48,987 bases of DNA from Bacteroidales bacterium (GTDB taxonomy: Bacteria > Bacteroidota > Bacteroidia > Bacteroidales > UBA12077), in assembly GCA_028282585.1 (NCBI GenBank), contig JANQHR010000058.1, forward strand, positions 1-48,987, in the 5' to 3' direction. The notes under the pieces are model-generated. The model did no database searches. It worked only from the letters and a program-made list of their open reading frames with translations, and had not been told where the DNA came from. The position numbers and the translations under genes were made by a program. Of this stretch, positions 39,236 to 48,987 are shown in pieces (position 1 is the stretch's first letter; the number at the start of each line of letters is the position of its first letter).

Positions 39236-40603
39236 TCAATAATTATATTTTAAATATTCCTTGAATTTTGAATAATCGTTATCTAAATTATCAAAGAATT
39301 CTTCCTTATCTTCCAGTCCTTCAAGACTTGCAGGTAGTTTTGGGTCAAACTTAAGAATCTCTTTGATTTCGTCCGGAAATTTAGCAGGGTGAGCTGTTTC
39401 TAATGAAATACATAATTGATCTTTACTAATGTTATATTCTCTGCAAAATTCCATTAAACCTTTCCAACCAACAGAGCCATGAGGTTCCAAAAGTAAATTA
39501 TGTTCTTCATACGCTTCTTTGATCATTTCTTTAGTAGCCTGGTCTGTAACGCTTATTGAGTAAATTTCTTTACGCATCAAATCCATGTCAGGTTCTTTCG
39601 AGATTTCCCCTTTTTCATTCATAACTCCGCCATAAAGAGCAACTAAACGGGCTAAATTACTTGGATGGCCGACATTCATTGCGCTTGACAAACAGTTTTT
39701 TGAGGGTTCTATTTTGTTGTAATTGCCGGTTTTTAGGAAAACAGGAAATTCATCGTTTTCATTTACGGATATAACGAACTTCTTAATTGGCAATCCCATT
39801 TTTTTTGCTAATACACCACCCATCATATCACCAAAATTACCTGAAGGAACTGAGAATATAACGTTATCAGGTTTATCTTGGGAAGGTTTGCGCAATCTTG
39901 AGAAAGAGTAGAAATAATAAACTATTTGTGGTATTAATCTTCCTATATTGATAGAATTGGCTGAAGAAAGATTTAAATAGTCCAAATCTGAATCAGAAAA
40001 TGCTTCTTTTACCAGTGCCTGGCAATCGTCAAATTTTCCCTTTAATGAAATGGTTTGAATGTTATTACCAAGTGTTGTCATCTGTTTACGTTGACGGTCA
40101 GTTACTTCTCCATAAGGGAATAGTACTAAGACTTTAATATTATCTAAGCCATAAAATGCATTTGCAATAGCACTTCCCGTATCACCGGAAGTAGCGGTTA
40201 AAATTAATAGCTTTCTGTTTTCTTTTTTAATGTAATAATTCATCAATCTCCCCATCATTCTAGCTGCAAAATCTTTGAATGATGCTGTAGGTCCCTGATC
40301 AAGGCGCATAACATACTTATTATCAAATCCTTTTTCTAAAGGTACTTTGAAGTTATATGCATCTTTAACTAAAGCTAACAGTTCCTTATCATTAATTTGT
40401 CCAACTAAAAACTTTTTGATGATTTCAAATGCAATTTCGTAGTATTCTTTTTGAGTAAAGCTTTTTATCTCCTTGTCGGTAAAGGTTGGTATTTCTGTAG
40501 GCATAAATAAGCCTTTATCAGGAGCCAGGCCTTTAAGCAAAGCTTCACTAAACGTAACCTTATCAGCTTTAAGGTTGGTTGAATAATATTGGATTGATTC
40601 CAT
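39236..40603 (-). CDS. thrC: Threonine synthase
   Basis: GPTASFKDF, ATSGDTG, NSINIGR, VPSGNFG, TAHPAKF. Confidence 0.95.
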   Translation of the reverse strand: MESIQYYSTNLKADKVTFSEALLKGLAPDKGLFMPTEIPTFTDKEIKSFTQKEYYEIAFEIIKKFLVGQINDKELLALVKDAYNFKVPLEKGFDNKYVMRLDQGPTASFKDFAARMMGRLMNYYIKKENRKLLILTATSGDTGSAIANAFYGLDNIKVLVLFPYGEVTDRQRKQMTTLGNNIQTISLKGKFDDCQALVKEAFSDSDLDYLNLSSANSINIGRLIPQIVYYFYSFSRLRKPSQDKPDNVIFSVPSGNFGDMMGGVLAKKMGLPIKKFVISVNENDEFPVFLKTGNYNKIEPSKNCLSSAMNVGHPSNLARLVALYGGVMNEKGEISKEPDMDLMRKEIYSISVTDQATKEMIKEAYEEHNLLLEPHGSVGWKGLMEFCREYNISKDQLCISLETAHPAKFPDEIKEILKFDPKLPASLEGLEDKEEFFDNLDNDYSKFKEYLKYNY

Positions 40604-40669
40604 AACAATCTATTTTTAATGTATAACGTAAAATACATCTAACTATAAACTTAATATTACAATTTAAAA

Positions 40670-42136
40670 CTACCTTCGTAATCTTGCTGAAGATGCACCT
40701 CCTGCTGAATATTCAGGTGCAGTGTTGGCAACTTTTTTACCATCTAATACTGCTAATGCTTGTTCTAAATCAGCAATAATATCATCAGGATGCTCGGCTC
40801 CCACGTTTAGTCTAATTAAGTTTGGTGGAATATCTGCTATTTTTCGCCCCTCTTCTCCTTGTTGTTGATGAGTTGAAATAGCAGGAATAGTTGCTACCGA
40901 CTTAATTCTACCCAAGTCCGTTGCTCTCCAAATTCGTTGTAAACCGTCAAAAACATCACGTGTTGCCTGAGCACCGCCTTTAACTCTGAAAGACATTAAA
41001 TGCCCGAATCGGTTAACTTTTTCGTTGTATAAATCATCGTGTTCAGAATCAACAAGTACCAAATATTTTTTAGCTAATTCATGTAATGGATGAGATTCAA
41101 GCCCTAAGTAATCAACTTGTTCTATATGAACATGATCTTCAAGAAACTTAGCAATTTTCATTGTACTCCTGCTCATCAAATCAATTTTTGAACGCAAAGT
41201 TCTTATATCATTTATAGTCAGGATTGCGTTAATTGGCGAAATATTGGGCCCATTATCTCGGTTTGGTAATGCTTTAATATACATTCCAAAGTCAGCTTTC
41301 ATATCAGGATTATCGATATTAGAAATAAGGTTTTTTCGTGCGATAACAGCACCTGAGATCCCAAAGCCGCTTGATGTTAAGGTTTTTGTAACCGATTGTA
41401 CAACAATATCAGCACCATGTGCTAACGGACGCATTAAAGCAGGTGTAGCAACTGTTGAATCGATAATTAACGGAATACCATATTTATGAGCCAACCGGGC
41501 AACTTTTTCCAAATCAAAAAATGCCTGTCCCGGATTACTTGGCATCTCACCATATAAGAAGCGGGTATTCTCATCTATTAAAGATTCCCACTCTTCAATA
41601 TTATTTGAATTAAAAACTTTTCTCCAATTAATATTTCTTTCTTCTTCTTTTCTAACTGCAAACTGTTGAAAGGTTCCACCATAAACCTGGCAACTTGCAA
41701 CAAAATTTATAGGTTTGTCCGGGTCGATCTTATCAACCACCAAAAATGGTTCACACGCACTAAATATTGCAGACATTCCGGACGATGTTGCACAACAAGA
41801 TGCCTCAATATCAGTTCCATATGTTTCTAAAAGTGCTAACACTCCTTCTAAATAATACATGCTAGGATTACCAATTCTGGAATAGCACCATGTTGGAATT
41901 TGGTAACTTAAAGCAGCTTCCATTTCATCTGAATCCCTAAAGCCTTGTGATGAAGACATATACATTGGTTCTATTGTTGATCCCTGATTAAAATCCAAAG
42001 CTTCCTGCATTGAGTAAACGCCATGAACTGCAATAGTATCGAACTTACAATTTTTGATTTTCTTCTTATATTCATTATGCCAGTCCATTGCTCTTTTACC
42101 GGCCTCGATGTAATGGTTAATACCTTTTGAATTCAT
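40670..42136 (-). CDS. Cys/Met metabolism PLP enzyme (O-acyl-homoserine sulfhydrylase-like)
   Basis: YSRIGNP, SSGMSA, YGGT, DSTVATP, SVTK, IRLNVGAEH. Confidence 0.88.
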   Translation of the reverse strand: MNSKGINHYIEAGKRAMDWHNEYKKKIKNCKFDTIAVHGVYSMQEALDFNQGSTIEPMYMSSSQGFRDSDEMEAALSYQIPTWCYSRIGNPSMYYLEGVLALLETYGTDIEASCCATSSGMSAIFSACEPFLVVDKIDPDKPINFVASCQVYGGTFQQFAVRKEEERNINWRKVFNSNNIEEWESLIDENTRFLYGEMPSNPGQAFFDLEKVARLAHKYGIPLIIDSTVATPALMRPLAHGADIVVQSVTKTLTSSGFGISGAVIARKNLISNIDNPDMKADFGMYIKALPNRDNGPNISPINAILTINDIRTLRSKIDLMSRSTMKIAKFLEDHVHIEQVDYLGLESHPLHELAKKYLVLVDSEHDDLYNEKVNRFGHLMSFRVKGGAQATRDVFDGLQRIWRATDLGRIKSVATIPAISTHQQQGEEGRKIADIPPNLIRLNVGAEHPDDIIADLEQALAVLDGKKVANTAPEYSAGGASSARLRR

Positions 42137-42407
42137 AATAATTGTAGTTTTAAGTTTTAGGTGTAATATTTTAAAACCTAAACATATTAATTATCTTTCC
42201 AAATATCAAGATTTTGATTATGAATCAATAACTTAATTTAAATGTTACTTACAATTTGTAATTGAAAATAAATGAATGAGGTATTGATCTTAGCATTTTC
42301 TATAAAATTCAAGTTATTTATTGGAAAAATGTCAAAAATTTTGTATTAATTTACGTGAACATACAACGTTTTAGTTTGTTTATAAAAGAAATTAAATCTT
42401 AAATTGA

Positions 42408-43364
42408 TTGATAATGAGAACACTATTTGTTTATAGGTTAAAATGGTTAATTATTGGTTTAGCAAGTGTAGTTATATTTACACATTGCGATGATGATGAT
42501 TCGGATGATCAAGCAAAGAATCCGGATACTGCCCCTGTAGTAAGTGTTGATCGTTTTAGTGATGATGCAGCAGTACTTATGAAACGTAGCGAAAATTCCG
42601 CTTTACCTGGTGCCAATGAACCGATTAATTTTGACCAGGGAGATTTTATCACCCAGGGTTTTGGACCAAATGGAGAAATAGTTAAATATTATAATTTTGA
42701 TGTTCAACCGCTTGCTCCTGCTCCAATTTATATGTTTTATAAGGAAGATGATACAGATCCAATTGCTGACCAGTTAAGTGTAATAAATGTTATTCCTGGA
42801 GATGTTGGTTATAATGATCTTTGGATAATCTATAAAGTAATTGTTCCGGATGATTATATAGTAAACACAATTACAAGTCTTGAAGATATAATCGATAAGG
42901 GTTATGAGATTGAAATTACGAAAACACTTGTAAATTGTCCTGTAGTTCCTCAGGGAAGTACAGCAAATCTTCGTATAGGAGATGAAACCAATCAAATAGA
43001 CCGAGGCTGGTATAAGGATGAAATAGTTTATTACTTTAATTTTATGGAAGCAAATTTGGAGACAACAACGTCAAATTTAAATCCTATCTCGCCTATTTAT
43101 GTAACTTTTAATATTAATCCTGATGATATGAATCCTGATAGTGGTCCTCCATCGGGGTCGGTGACTGAAACAGGCTCATTACAAACCCATAATGTGTTAG
43201 CAACTTTACCCGGTGATACAGATTATTCTCCTTTATGGTCCGTTTTTGTTTATGATAATGCTGATTTTGATAATGTAATGGATTTACAAACAGCGCAAGC
43301 AGCAAATATCTTAATGGAGAATGCTATGAATGTAAATTGCCCGGTGGTTTATATTCAGGATTAG
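42408..43364 (+). CDS. Acidic lipoprotein with two internal repeat domains
   Basis: Signal + Cys; repeats PGDVGYNDLW...VNCPVV and PGDTDYSPLW...VNCPVV. Confidence 0.7.
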   Translation: MIMRTLFVYRLKWLIIGLASVVIFTHCDDDDSDDQAKNPDTAPVVSVDRFSDDAAVLMKRSENSALPGANEPINFDQGDFITQGFGPNGEIVKYYNFDVQPLAPAPIYMFYKEDDTDPIADQLSVINVIPGDVGYNDLWIIYKVIVPDDYIVNTITSLEDIIDKGYEIEITKTLVNCPVVPQGSTANLRIGDETNQIDRGWYKDEIVYYFNFMEANLETTTSNLNPISPIYVTFNINPDDMNPDSGPPSGSVTETGSLQTHNVLATLPGDTDYSPLWSVFVYDNADFDNVMDLQTAQAANILMENAMNVNCPVVYIQD

Positions 43365-43367
43365 TGT

Positions 43368-44210
43368 TTATTTAGCAGCTTCTCTAATGGAGGTCGCCTT
43401 TAAGTTACCTTTTTTTGCCGGATGCCTAAGTGCGTGTCTAACCACCCACTTTAGATCAGAATTGGAGTGTTTTAACCAATCTTCACAGATATCTAAAACT
43501 AATTGAAGGTTATCTTTAGCAATATCTCCAAGATGGTTGGCTACACTTCTTCTAACATACATATTTTCGTCATTCTTAAGTTTCTCAAGTATTGGCAAAG
43601 ATGGTTTCGGATCTTTTATTAAACCAGGAATTCTCGAAGCCCATGGTAACCTGGGACGTGTTCCTTCAGAACACAATCTTCTCACATGAGGATTTGAATC
43701 ATTCATCCATTTATAGAGTTGACTAAATGTCCTATCCTGTTGATTTTTAATAAACGGCCGAATCGAAAATTCTGCAGAAAATCTTTGTGTTAGTTCATAC
43801 TGTGCATCCATAGACACATTAAAAGGATCATCACCATTATTATATTCTTTATCAAGACCATGCTTTTCTATGAAACAAACATGTGGTAAATAAAAGAATA
43901 CTGACAAACCATTATTTTCTGTAGTTTTTAAAGGAGGAGTTAATGATTTGATTATGATATTAATTGCATCATTATAGTTATTTGGTAGATATTTTTTTAA
44001 AATGACCGCTATTTTCTTTCCTCTCTCAATTAAGGTTAATGGTTCTATTTCAGAAAGTGAGTCTTCAATAAAACTTTCTTTATTAAATTCATTATAAACA
44101 AAATTGATATTATGCCCAATATATTTTATTGTTTCTGAACCCATTATATTTTTTAAAGGTACACCCTTTTGGATTGAATTTGGTAACAATGGTAGTTTTA
44201 GCCCTTCCAT
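43368..44210 (-). CDS. DNA alkylation repair glycosylase, AlkC-like
   Basis: FSAEFSIRPF, HVRRLCSEGTRPRLPW, YVRRSVANHLGDIAK. Confidence 0.88.
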   Translation of the reverse strand: MEGLKLPLLPNSIQKGVPLKNIMGSETIKYIGHNINFVYNEFNKESFIEDSLSEIEPLTLIERGKKIAVILKKYLPNNYNDAINIIIKSLTPPLKTTENNGLSVFFYLPHVCFIEKHGLDKEYNNGDDPFNVSMDAQYELTQRFSAEFSIRPFIKNQQDRTFSQLYKWMNDSNPHVRRLCSEGTRPRLPWASRIPGLIKDPKPSLPILEKLKNDENMYVRRSVANHLGDIAKDNLQLVLDICEDWLKHSNSDLKWVVRHALRHPAKKGNLKATSIREAAK

Positions 44211-44249
44211 AGGTAATTTTTAGAAGTTTTAATGCTCAGACAATAAAAA

Positions 44250-47200
44250 CTATATTTTAATTCCAAGTATAATTATATCATCTACTTGCTGCTGATCGCC
44301 TTTCCAGTTTTCGAGCGTATCATTTAAGATTTGCAGTTGTTCGTTTATAGATTTGCTTGAAATTTCTAAAAGAAGATTATTTAAATTTTTAGGTAAGAAT
44401 TTCTTTTTTTGTTTACCACCAAACTGGTCCTGATATCCGTCAGAAAACAAGTAAAGAGAATCGCCTGTTTTAATGTCTACAATATGATTTGTGAATGCAT
44501 CTTTTTCTTTGATATAAATACCTATAGGCATTCTGTCTCCGTCATATTTTACAAGTTTATTTTTACGAACAAGAATTAAAGGATTATAAGCACCAGCATA
44601 TTGCAGTTGTTTTTTATCCTTATTGATAACACATAACGAAATATCCATACCGTCTTTTGCTTCATTATCTTTTCCGGTTTGTCCCAATGCGTTTTTAATT
44701 TCATTGCGTAACATGGTAAGTATATTGCCAGCATTAAAATTATCCGGTAATTCGGTAATGACTTTATTCATTAAAGAAATACCTAAAATACTCATAAATG
44801 CACCAGGAACACCATGTCCTGTACAGTCAGCTGCAGCAACAATAATTTGGCCGTTTTTCACATTCAAGTAATAAAAATCACCACTAACTATATCACGAGG
44901 TTTGAAAAAGATGAAATGATCCCCTAAGTATTTTTCAAATAATTCTGTTGGAGGAAGAACTGCTCGTTGTATTCTACTTGCATATTCAATACTGGAGGTA
45001 ATATTTTTATTTTGTTGTTCGATTTTATCCCTTTGTTCTGTTACATAGTTGCGTTGAGCTTCAATTTCATCTCTTTGGGCCTCAATTTCTTCTTTTTGAT
45101 GACGGATTTCAGCAGTTCTTTTTCGTACCTCTTCCTCTAATATTTCTTTATCACGTTGTAGCTTTTGTAATCTGGCCCTAATATATAAAAGAATAGCAGT
45201 AACGATTAAAATAGCCGAAATGGATATAAACCACCAGGTTTCCCAAAATGGTTTTTTTATTCTGAATGCAAATTCTGAATCCTGACTTCCAAGCCATTTT
45301 CCACCGGAATAATTTACCTGAACTATGAACTTGTAATCTCCGGGAGGAACATTTGAATAAGTTACCATGCGCAAGGTCGTAGCAGCATTCCAGTCAATAT
45401 CATAACCTTCTAATTTATACCTATACTTCAATTCTTCGGACGCAGAATACCAAAGAGCAGTGTAATTAAAGGTTAAGTGTTTTTCATTGTATTTAAATAC
45501 ATTACGCTCATTAGTTAACAGTTCAAAATAGATGCTTTTACCGGTAATAAATATTTTAGGAAGAACTTTCAAAGAATCATCCAGTTTCGAATTTATTTTT
45601 ACTATTCCATGTGCGGTTCCAATCCAGATATTTCCAATACTATCCTTATAAACTGCATTTAAATTTGGTTCCAGATAAGCAACTCCTGCAGCTTCACCAT
45701 GATATTCAAAAGTGCTGTCCTTTACAATGTATCTATCTATCCCTTCATTACTTATAATAATGGGATTACCTATCATGTCAGTTGTTAATCCCTGAAGGAA
45801 GTTACTTTTTAGTCCGTTTTCCTCATTAAAATTATCAAACCTATTACCGTCATATCTATATAGTCCATGATTTACACAATTAAACCACACATTAGAATTA
45901 CAATCCTCGGTTACAGAATATACCGTTTTATTAACAGAATCGCGTTTGGGGTTTGAAAATTGATGGATACTATCATTTTTAAAAAATACAACTCCACCAC
46001 CATCCGTTGCAATCCATGTTCGATTTTGGGAATCAGTGAAAGTAGAGTATACATAATCAGACGTTAAACCATCTTCCGTTGTATAATTCACAAAATGATC
46101 TGAGTTACCAGTATAATATTTTGTAACACCGCCACCCAGCGTTGAAAGCCATATATTTTCATTGTTACCGGAAATATGGATGATATTATCGTTTGATAAT
46201 CCCTTTTCTGTATTATAATTTACTATTTCTAAGGTGATAGGGTTGATTTTAAATACACCGTAACCATAAGTTCCTGCCCAAATGTTACCTGATGGATCTT
46301 TATAGAGTGAAATAAATGAATATGGATTATTAGGATCTGTAAAAAGAAGTTTTTGATTTAATTTACCCATTTTATCTTTGCTTACTATATATAAACCCTC
46401 TTGCGAAGCAATCCAGTAATTTCCAAGATTATCTATAACAAGGCTGAAAATGTTTTTGATATTGAATCCATCTTTTTCGTTCAAGAATTCGAAAATGCTG
46501 TTTTTTCTAACAGATAAACCATTTCTGGTCCCGATCCATATATTATTTTCTCTATCATTTAATATGGTTCGCGTTCTAATATCACCTATATTATTTTTTT
46601 TATTGTATAAAGTATACCAACTATTACCGTCTTTATCATAATTTACCTTAACAATTCCTTTTCGGGTGGTACTTACCCATAATTCGGATTCATCAATAAA
46701 AATGAAATTGTTTATAGGTCCGAATTCCCAGGTAGATGCCTGAGAAAATTCACGATTTTTAATGTTATATTTACAAATGCCTCCATCCTCCATTGCTATC
46801 CATAGGTCATTACCGTTTAAGAACAGATCTTTTACAATATTATCCGGCAAACCATCTGACATGGTAATGTCTTCAAAAAATTCATTATAACTTGGGCTGT
46901 AAACAGATATTCCCTTATCCGTAGCAAAGTAAATAATTGAATCCGCATCTTGTACAATATCATAAACATAGTTATCTAACAACCCATTGTCTGAACTTAA
47001 ATTATATAACCGTTTTCTGTTTTTCCCGGAATAAAAATAAACACCCTCACCATAAGTTGAGAACCATAAAACATTGTTCAAGTCAATAAAGAATGACGAT
47101 ACTTCTTCAATACTTAAACCTTCTTCGGGGTCAAACTTTACAAACTCATTTTCAGCGAACAGGCTTATTTTTCCGGATTTATGCCCTATCCATATAACAC

Positions 47201-47471
47201 CTTCTTTATCTTGATTAATCGTAGAAATGTTGTTATCATATAATCCATCCTTATCCGTAAAAAGTTGAAAATCTACACCGTCATATTTCACAATCCCATA
47301 GTTTGTTCCCAACCATATATATCCTTTATTATCCTGAAAGATGCTGGATACGTCCACACTTTTCTTATTCTTTAGGATTTTATAAGAGTCAAATCTAGGG
47401 CTTTGGGCATATATTGCAAAGCTGTATGTTAAAGTGAGTAAAAAAAGAAAATGTTTTAAAAGGCGCCTCAT
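44250..47471 (-). CDS. Beta-propeller/YYY sensor fused to SpoIIE (PP2C) phosphatase
   Basis: Repeated D..G.IW.GT..G units; YRYKLEG; TM; PRDIVSGDFY, ADCTGHGVPGA, DGMD, SDGYQDQFGG, QVDDI. Confidence 0.92.
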   Translation of the reverse strand: MRRLLKHFLFLLTLTYSFAIYAQSPRFDSYKILKNKKSVDVSSIFQDNKGYIWLGTNYGIVKYDGVDFQLFTDKDGLYDNNISTINQDKEGVIWIGHKSGKISLFAENEFVKFDPEEGLSIEEVSSFFIDLNNVLWFSTYGEGVYFYSGKNRKRLYNLSSDNGLLDNYVYDIVQDADSIIYFATDKGISVYSPSYNEFFEDITMSDGLPDNIVKDLFLNGNDLWIAMEDGGICKYNIKNREFSQASTWEFGPINNFIFIDESELWVSTTRKGIVKVNYDKDGNSWYTLYNKKNNIGDIRTRTILNDRENNIWIGTRNGLSVRKNSIFEFLNEKDGFNIKNIFSLVIDNLGNYWIASQEGLYIVSKDKMGKLNQKLLFTDPNNPYSFISLYKDPSGNIWAGTYGYGVFKINPITLEIVNYNTEKGLSNDNIIHISGNNENIWLSTLGGGVTKYYTGNSDHFVNYTTEDGLTSDYVYSTFTDSQNRTWIATDGGGVVFFKNDSIHQFSNPKRDSVNKTVYSVTEDCNSNVWFNCVNHGLYRYDGNRFDNFNEENGLKSNFLQGLTTDMIGNPIIISNEGIDRYIVKDSTFEYHGEAAGVAYLEPNLNAVYKDSIGNIWIGTAHGIVKINSKLDDSLKVLPKIFITGKSIYFELLTNERNVFKYNEKHLTFNYTALWYSASEELKYRYKLEGYDIDWNAATTLRMVTYSNVPPGDYKFIVQVNYSGGKWLGSQDSEFAFRIKKPFWETWWFISISAILIVTAILLYIRARLQKLQRDKEILEEEVRKRTAEIRHQKEEIEAQRDEIEAQRNYVTEQRDKIEQQNKNITSSIEYASRIQRAVLPPTELFEKYLGDHFIFFKPRDIVSGDFYYLNVKNGQIIVAAADCTGHGVPGAFMSILGISLMNKVITELPDNFNAGNILTMLRNEIKNALGQTGKDNEAKDGMDISLCVINKDKKQLQYAGAYNPLILVRKNKLVKYDGDRMPIGIYIKEKDAFTNHIVDIKTGDSLYLFSDGYQDQFGGKQKKKFLPKNLNNLLLEISSKSINEQLQILNDTLENWKGDQQQVDDIIILGIKI

Positions 47472-48016
47472 TGTTTTGGAACTAATTCAATGTTTATATC
47501 AACTAATATTTCTTCTGCAATTTTCTGACTAACAACGGAAGGAATTTTGATATTATGATCATCAAGCAGAACGGTAAAATCTGAATTTACCCTAATTTTA
47601 TTCTGTCCAATTATTATTTTACATTTTATAATTCTTTCTTGTTTTATTCCATGACATGTAAAGCTGCCTTTACCACGTACATTATATGTTCCGGGTGTAT
47701 TAAAATCAACTTCTTCAATGATTTTGCCCTGAAAAGTAGTAAATGGATATTTATCCGATTCTAAATAATTCTCATTGAAATGAGTTTGTTGTAAAGCGCT
47801 GTTAAATCCTTCAAATGTTTTCATGGGAACCCGAAAAACAAAAGAACGATCACTTATTTTCAATAATCCGTTTAGTTGATCGGATGAAGCTTCTATCAAT
47901 TCTAAAGGAGCATCGGAAGTAAAGTGTACTTTTCCATTTGAAACGACATATATATCCTGACATAAGCTTTGTTTAACAGGAAACAAAAAAAATAATAAAA
48001 TAAGTGCTTTTCTCAT
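47468..48016 (-). CDS. YceI family protein
   Basis: F.SDAPLE.IEA, HFNENYLESDKYP, HG, IKIP. Confidence 0.88.
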   Translation of the reverse strand: MRKALILLFFLFPVKQSLCQDIYVVSNGKVHFTSDAPLELIEASSDQLNGLLKISDRSFVFRVPMKTFEGFNSALQQTHFNENYLESDKYPFTTFQGKIIEEVDFNTPGTYNVRGKGSFTCHGIKQERIIKCKIIIGQNKIRVNSDFTVLLDDHNIKIPSVVSQKIAEEILVDINIELVPKQ

Positions 48017-48022
48017 ATAACT

Positions 48023-48901
48023 TTATTTAAAACTAAAGAGACGAATAATATTAAAACCTATTCCGATATCACCCTTTCGCCACTGACCTGTAGTTTCTGG
48101 AATAAATGCTTTTTCTGTCATTCCCGTTGAGTTGGTAACATGTATTTGAAAAACATGTCCTCCGGTTTCTATTTCAACACCTAAAGCTAATGAATTGTAG
48201 AAATTATCCGCAGTATTTCCAGGTAGTAAATAATAATATTCTCCTACACAGGTAAAGCGATTTGTTATTTTATATCTACCTCCTATTCCAATTGCACCAA
48301 CCGTATTTTGATCATCACGTGTTTCTACCATATTTCTATGAACTATTACGGGGGAAAGTTGTAAAGAGAGTTTCTCGTTAAATTTTCGTGAAATAAAAAG
48401 TTCATGAATATAATAAAGTCTGGCCGAAAATGGATAATCAACATCATCATAGGCAAAATCAATTGTTTTAACTGACATTCCTTCCAACAAGGTAATAGTA
48501 ACCGGAAAATTCCTTTTTCCGCTTGATTGTCTGGCTATTTTAACTTTTATAAATCCATCATATAGCTTTTCAAAATTGCTTCTTCCAACTCCAATATCAA
48601 TTCTATCTGTTAATCCATATTCGAAACCAAAACGAATAGTAGATTGATCCAATCCAAAAAAATCGTAAATACCCTGATTAACATTTCCGAAACGATGAGA
48701 AATAGAAAATACAAGTTCTTTCTTTGCAGCTGTTTCGCTGGTGTAACCATTAATTAAACGAACGCTTTTAAAAGTAGCTTCCGTATAAAATGTTTGTTCT
48801 TCAGTATTTTGAATGGAATCTAACATGGATAATAAATCCTGGCTCTTTACTAAAAAACAGCTTTCAACCAATATTATAATTGTAAAAACAATTTTTTTCA
48901 T
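48023..48901 (-). CDS. DUF5777 family outer-membrane beta-barrel protein
   Basis: ISHRFG, FFGLD, EIETGGHVFQ, GFNIIRLF. Confidence 0.82.
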   Translation of the reverse strand: MKKIVFTIIILVESCFLVKSQDLLSMLDSIQNTEEQTFYTEATFKSVRLINGYTSETAAKKELVFSISHRFGNVNQGIYDFFGLDQSTIRFGFEYGLTDRIDIGVGRSNFEKLYDGFIKVKIARQSSGKRNFPVTITLLEGMSVKTIDFAYDDVDYPFSARLYYIHELFISRKFNEKLSLQLSPVIVHRNMVETRDDQNTVGAIGIGGRYKITNRFTCVGEYYYLLPGNTADNFYNSLALGVEIETGGHVFQIHVTNSTGMTEKAFIPETTGQWRKGDIGIGFNIIRLFSFK

Positions 48902-48907
48902 AAATAA

Positions 48908-48987
48908 TTAATTTTCAGGCATTCCAGCATTAATCCATGCTTCTATTTTTTTTATATTACAATCTGATAATTTGGGTAAACCATTAG
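48908..48987 (-). CDS. C-terminal fragment of probable cytochrome c-like protein
   Basis: NGLPKLSDCNIKKIEAWINAGMPEN*; WI..G..N ending typical of small c-type domains next to YceI/DUF5777; haem motif would be outside the window. Confidence 0.5.
   Translation of the reverse strand, partial: NGLPKLSDCNIKKIEAWINAGMPEN

Noticed and set aside
42137-42407. SAM riboswitch or Thr attenuator upstream of the Met/Thr genes
   Set aside because: Very AT-rich, no recognisable aptamer core or leader peptide
1871-46641. Many short antisense or nested ORFs in the track (e.g. 12157-12594, 33484-34035, 26575-26961)
   Set aside because: Shadow frames of well-supported genes, with no motifs

Overview
AT-rich bacterial DNA, most likely Bacteroidota/Bacteroidales (TAnnTTTG -7 promoter boxes, TonB-dependent receptor, propeller-YYY-PP2C sensor, DUF5777/YceI genes). 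The left 16.4 kb is an accessory island built from two same-orientation, colinear ~260-bp transposon-like ends (8631-8891 and 16151-16410; TGTGG termini with spaced 20-bp repeats, Tn7-like left-end architecture). Inside the inner end (1-8562) is a defence-type cluster: a partial OLD-family ATPase/nuclease, DUF2971, a resolvase remnant, a HEPN-like protein, a solitary 825-aa protein with a FokI-like nuclease domain, and a 1073-aa helical protein. Between the two ends lies a tightly coupled 7-gene operon I do not recognise as a described pathway: YARHG lipoprotein, GT-C-like membrane protein, M15 peptidase, two radical SAM enzymes, a divergent MurD-like ligase and a phosphoglycosyl transferase. 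It is the best candidate for a novel system (cell-envelope/peptidoglycan tailoring). The remainder is mostly ordinary chromosome: MFS, YfiR-TBDR-TPR, Lrp-EamA, DUF72, a lexA-dinB-dnaE2 mutagenesis cassette with a canonical LexA, PflX-like radical SAM, an ABC exporter, sulfhydrylase-thrC-apgM, AlkC, a PP2C sensor, YceI and DUF5777. All calls come from manual motif reading; no database searches were run.
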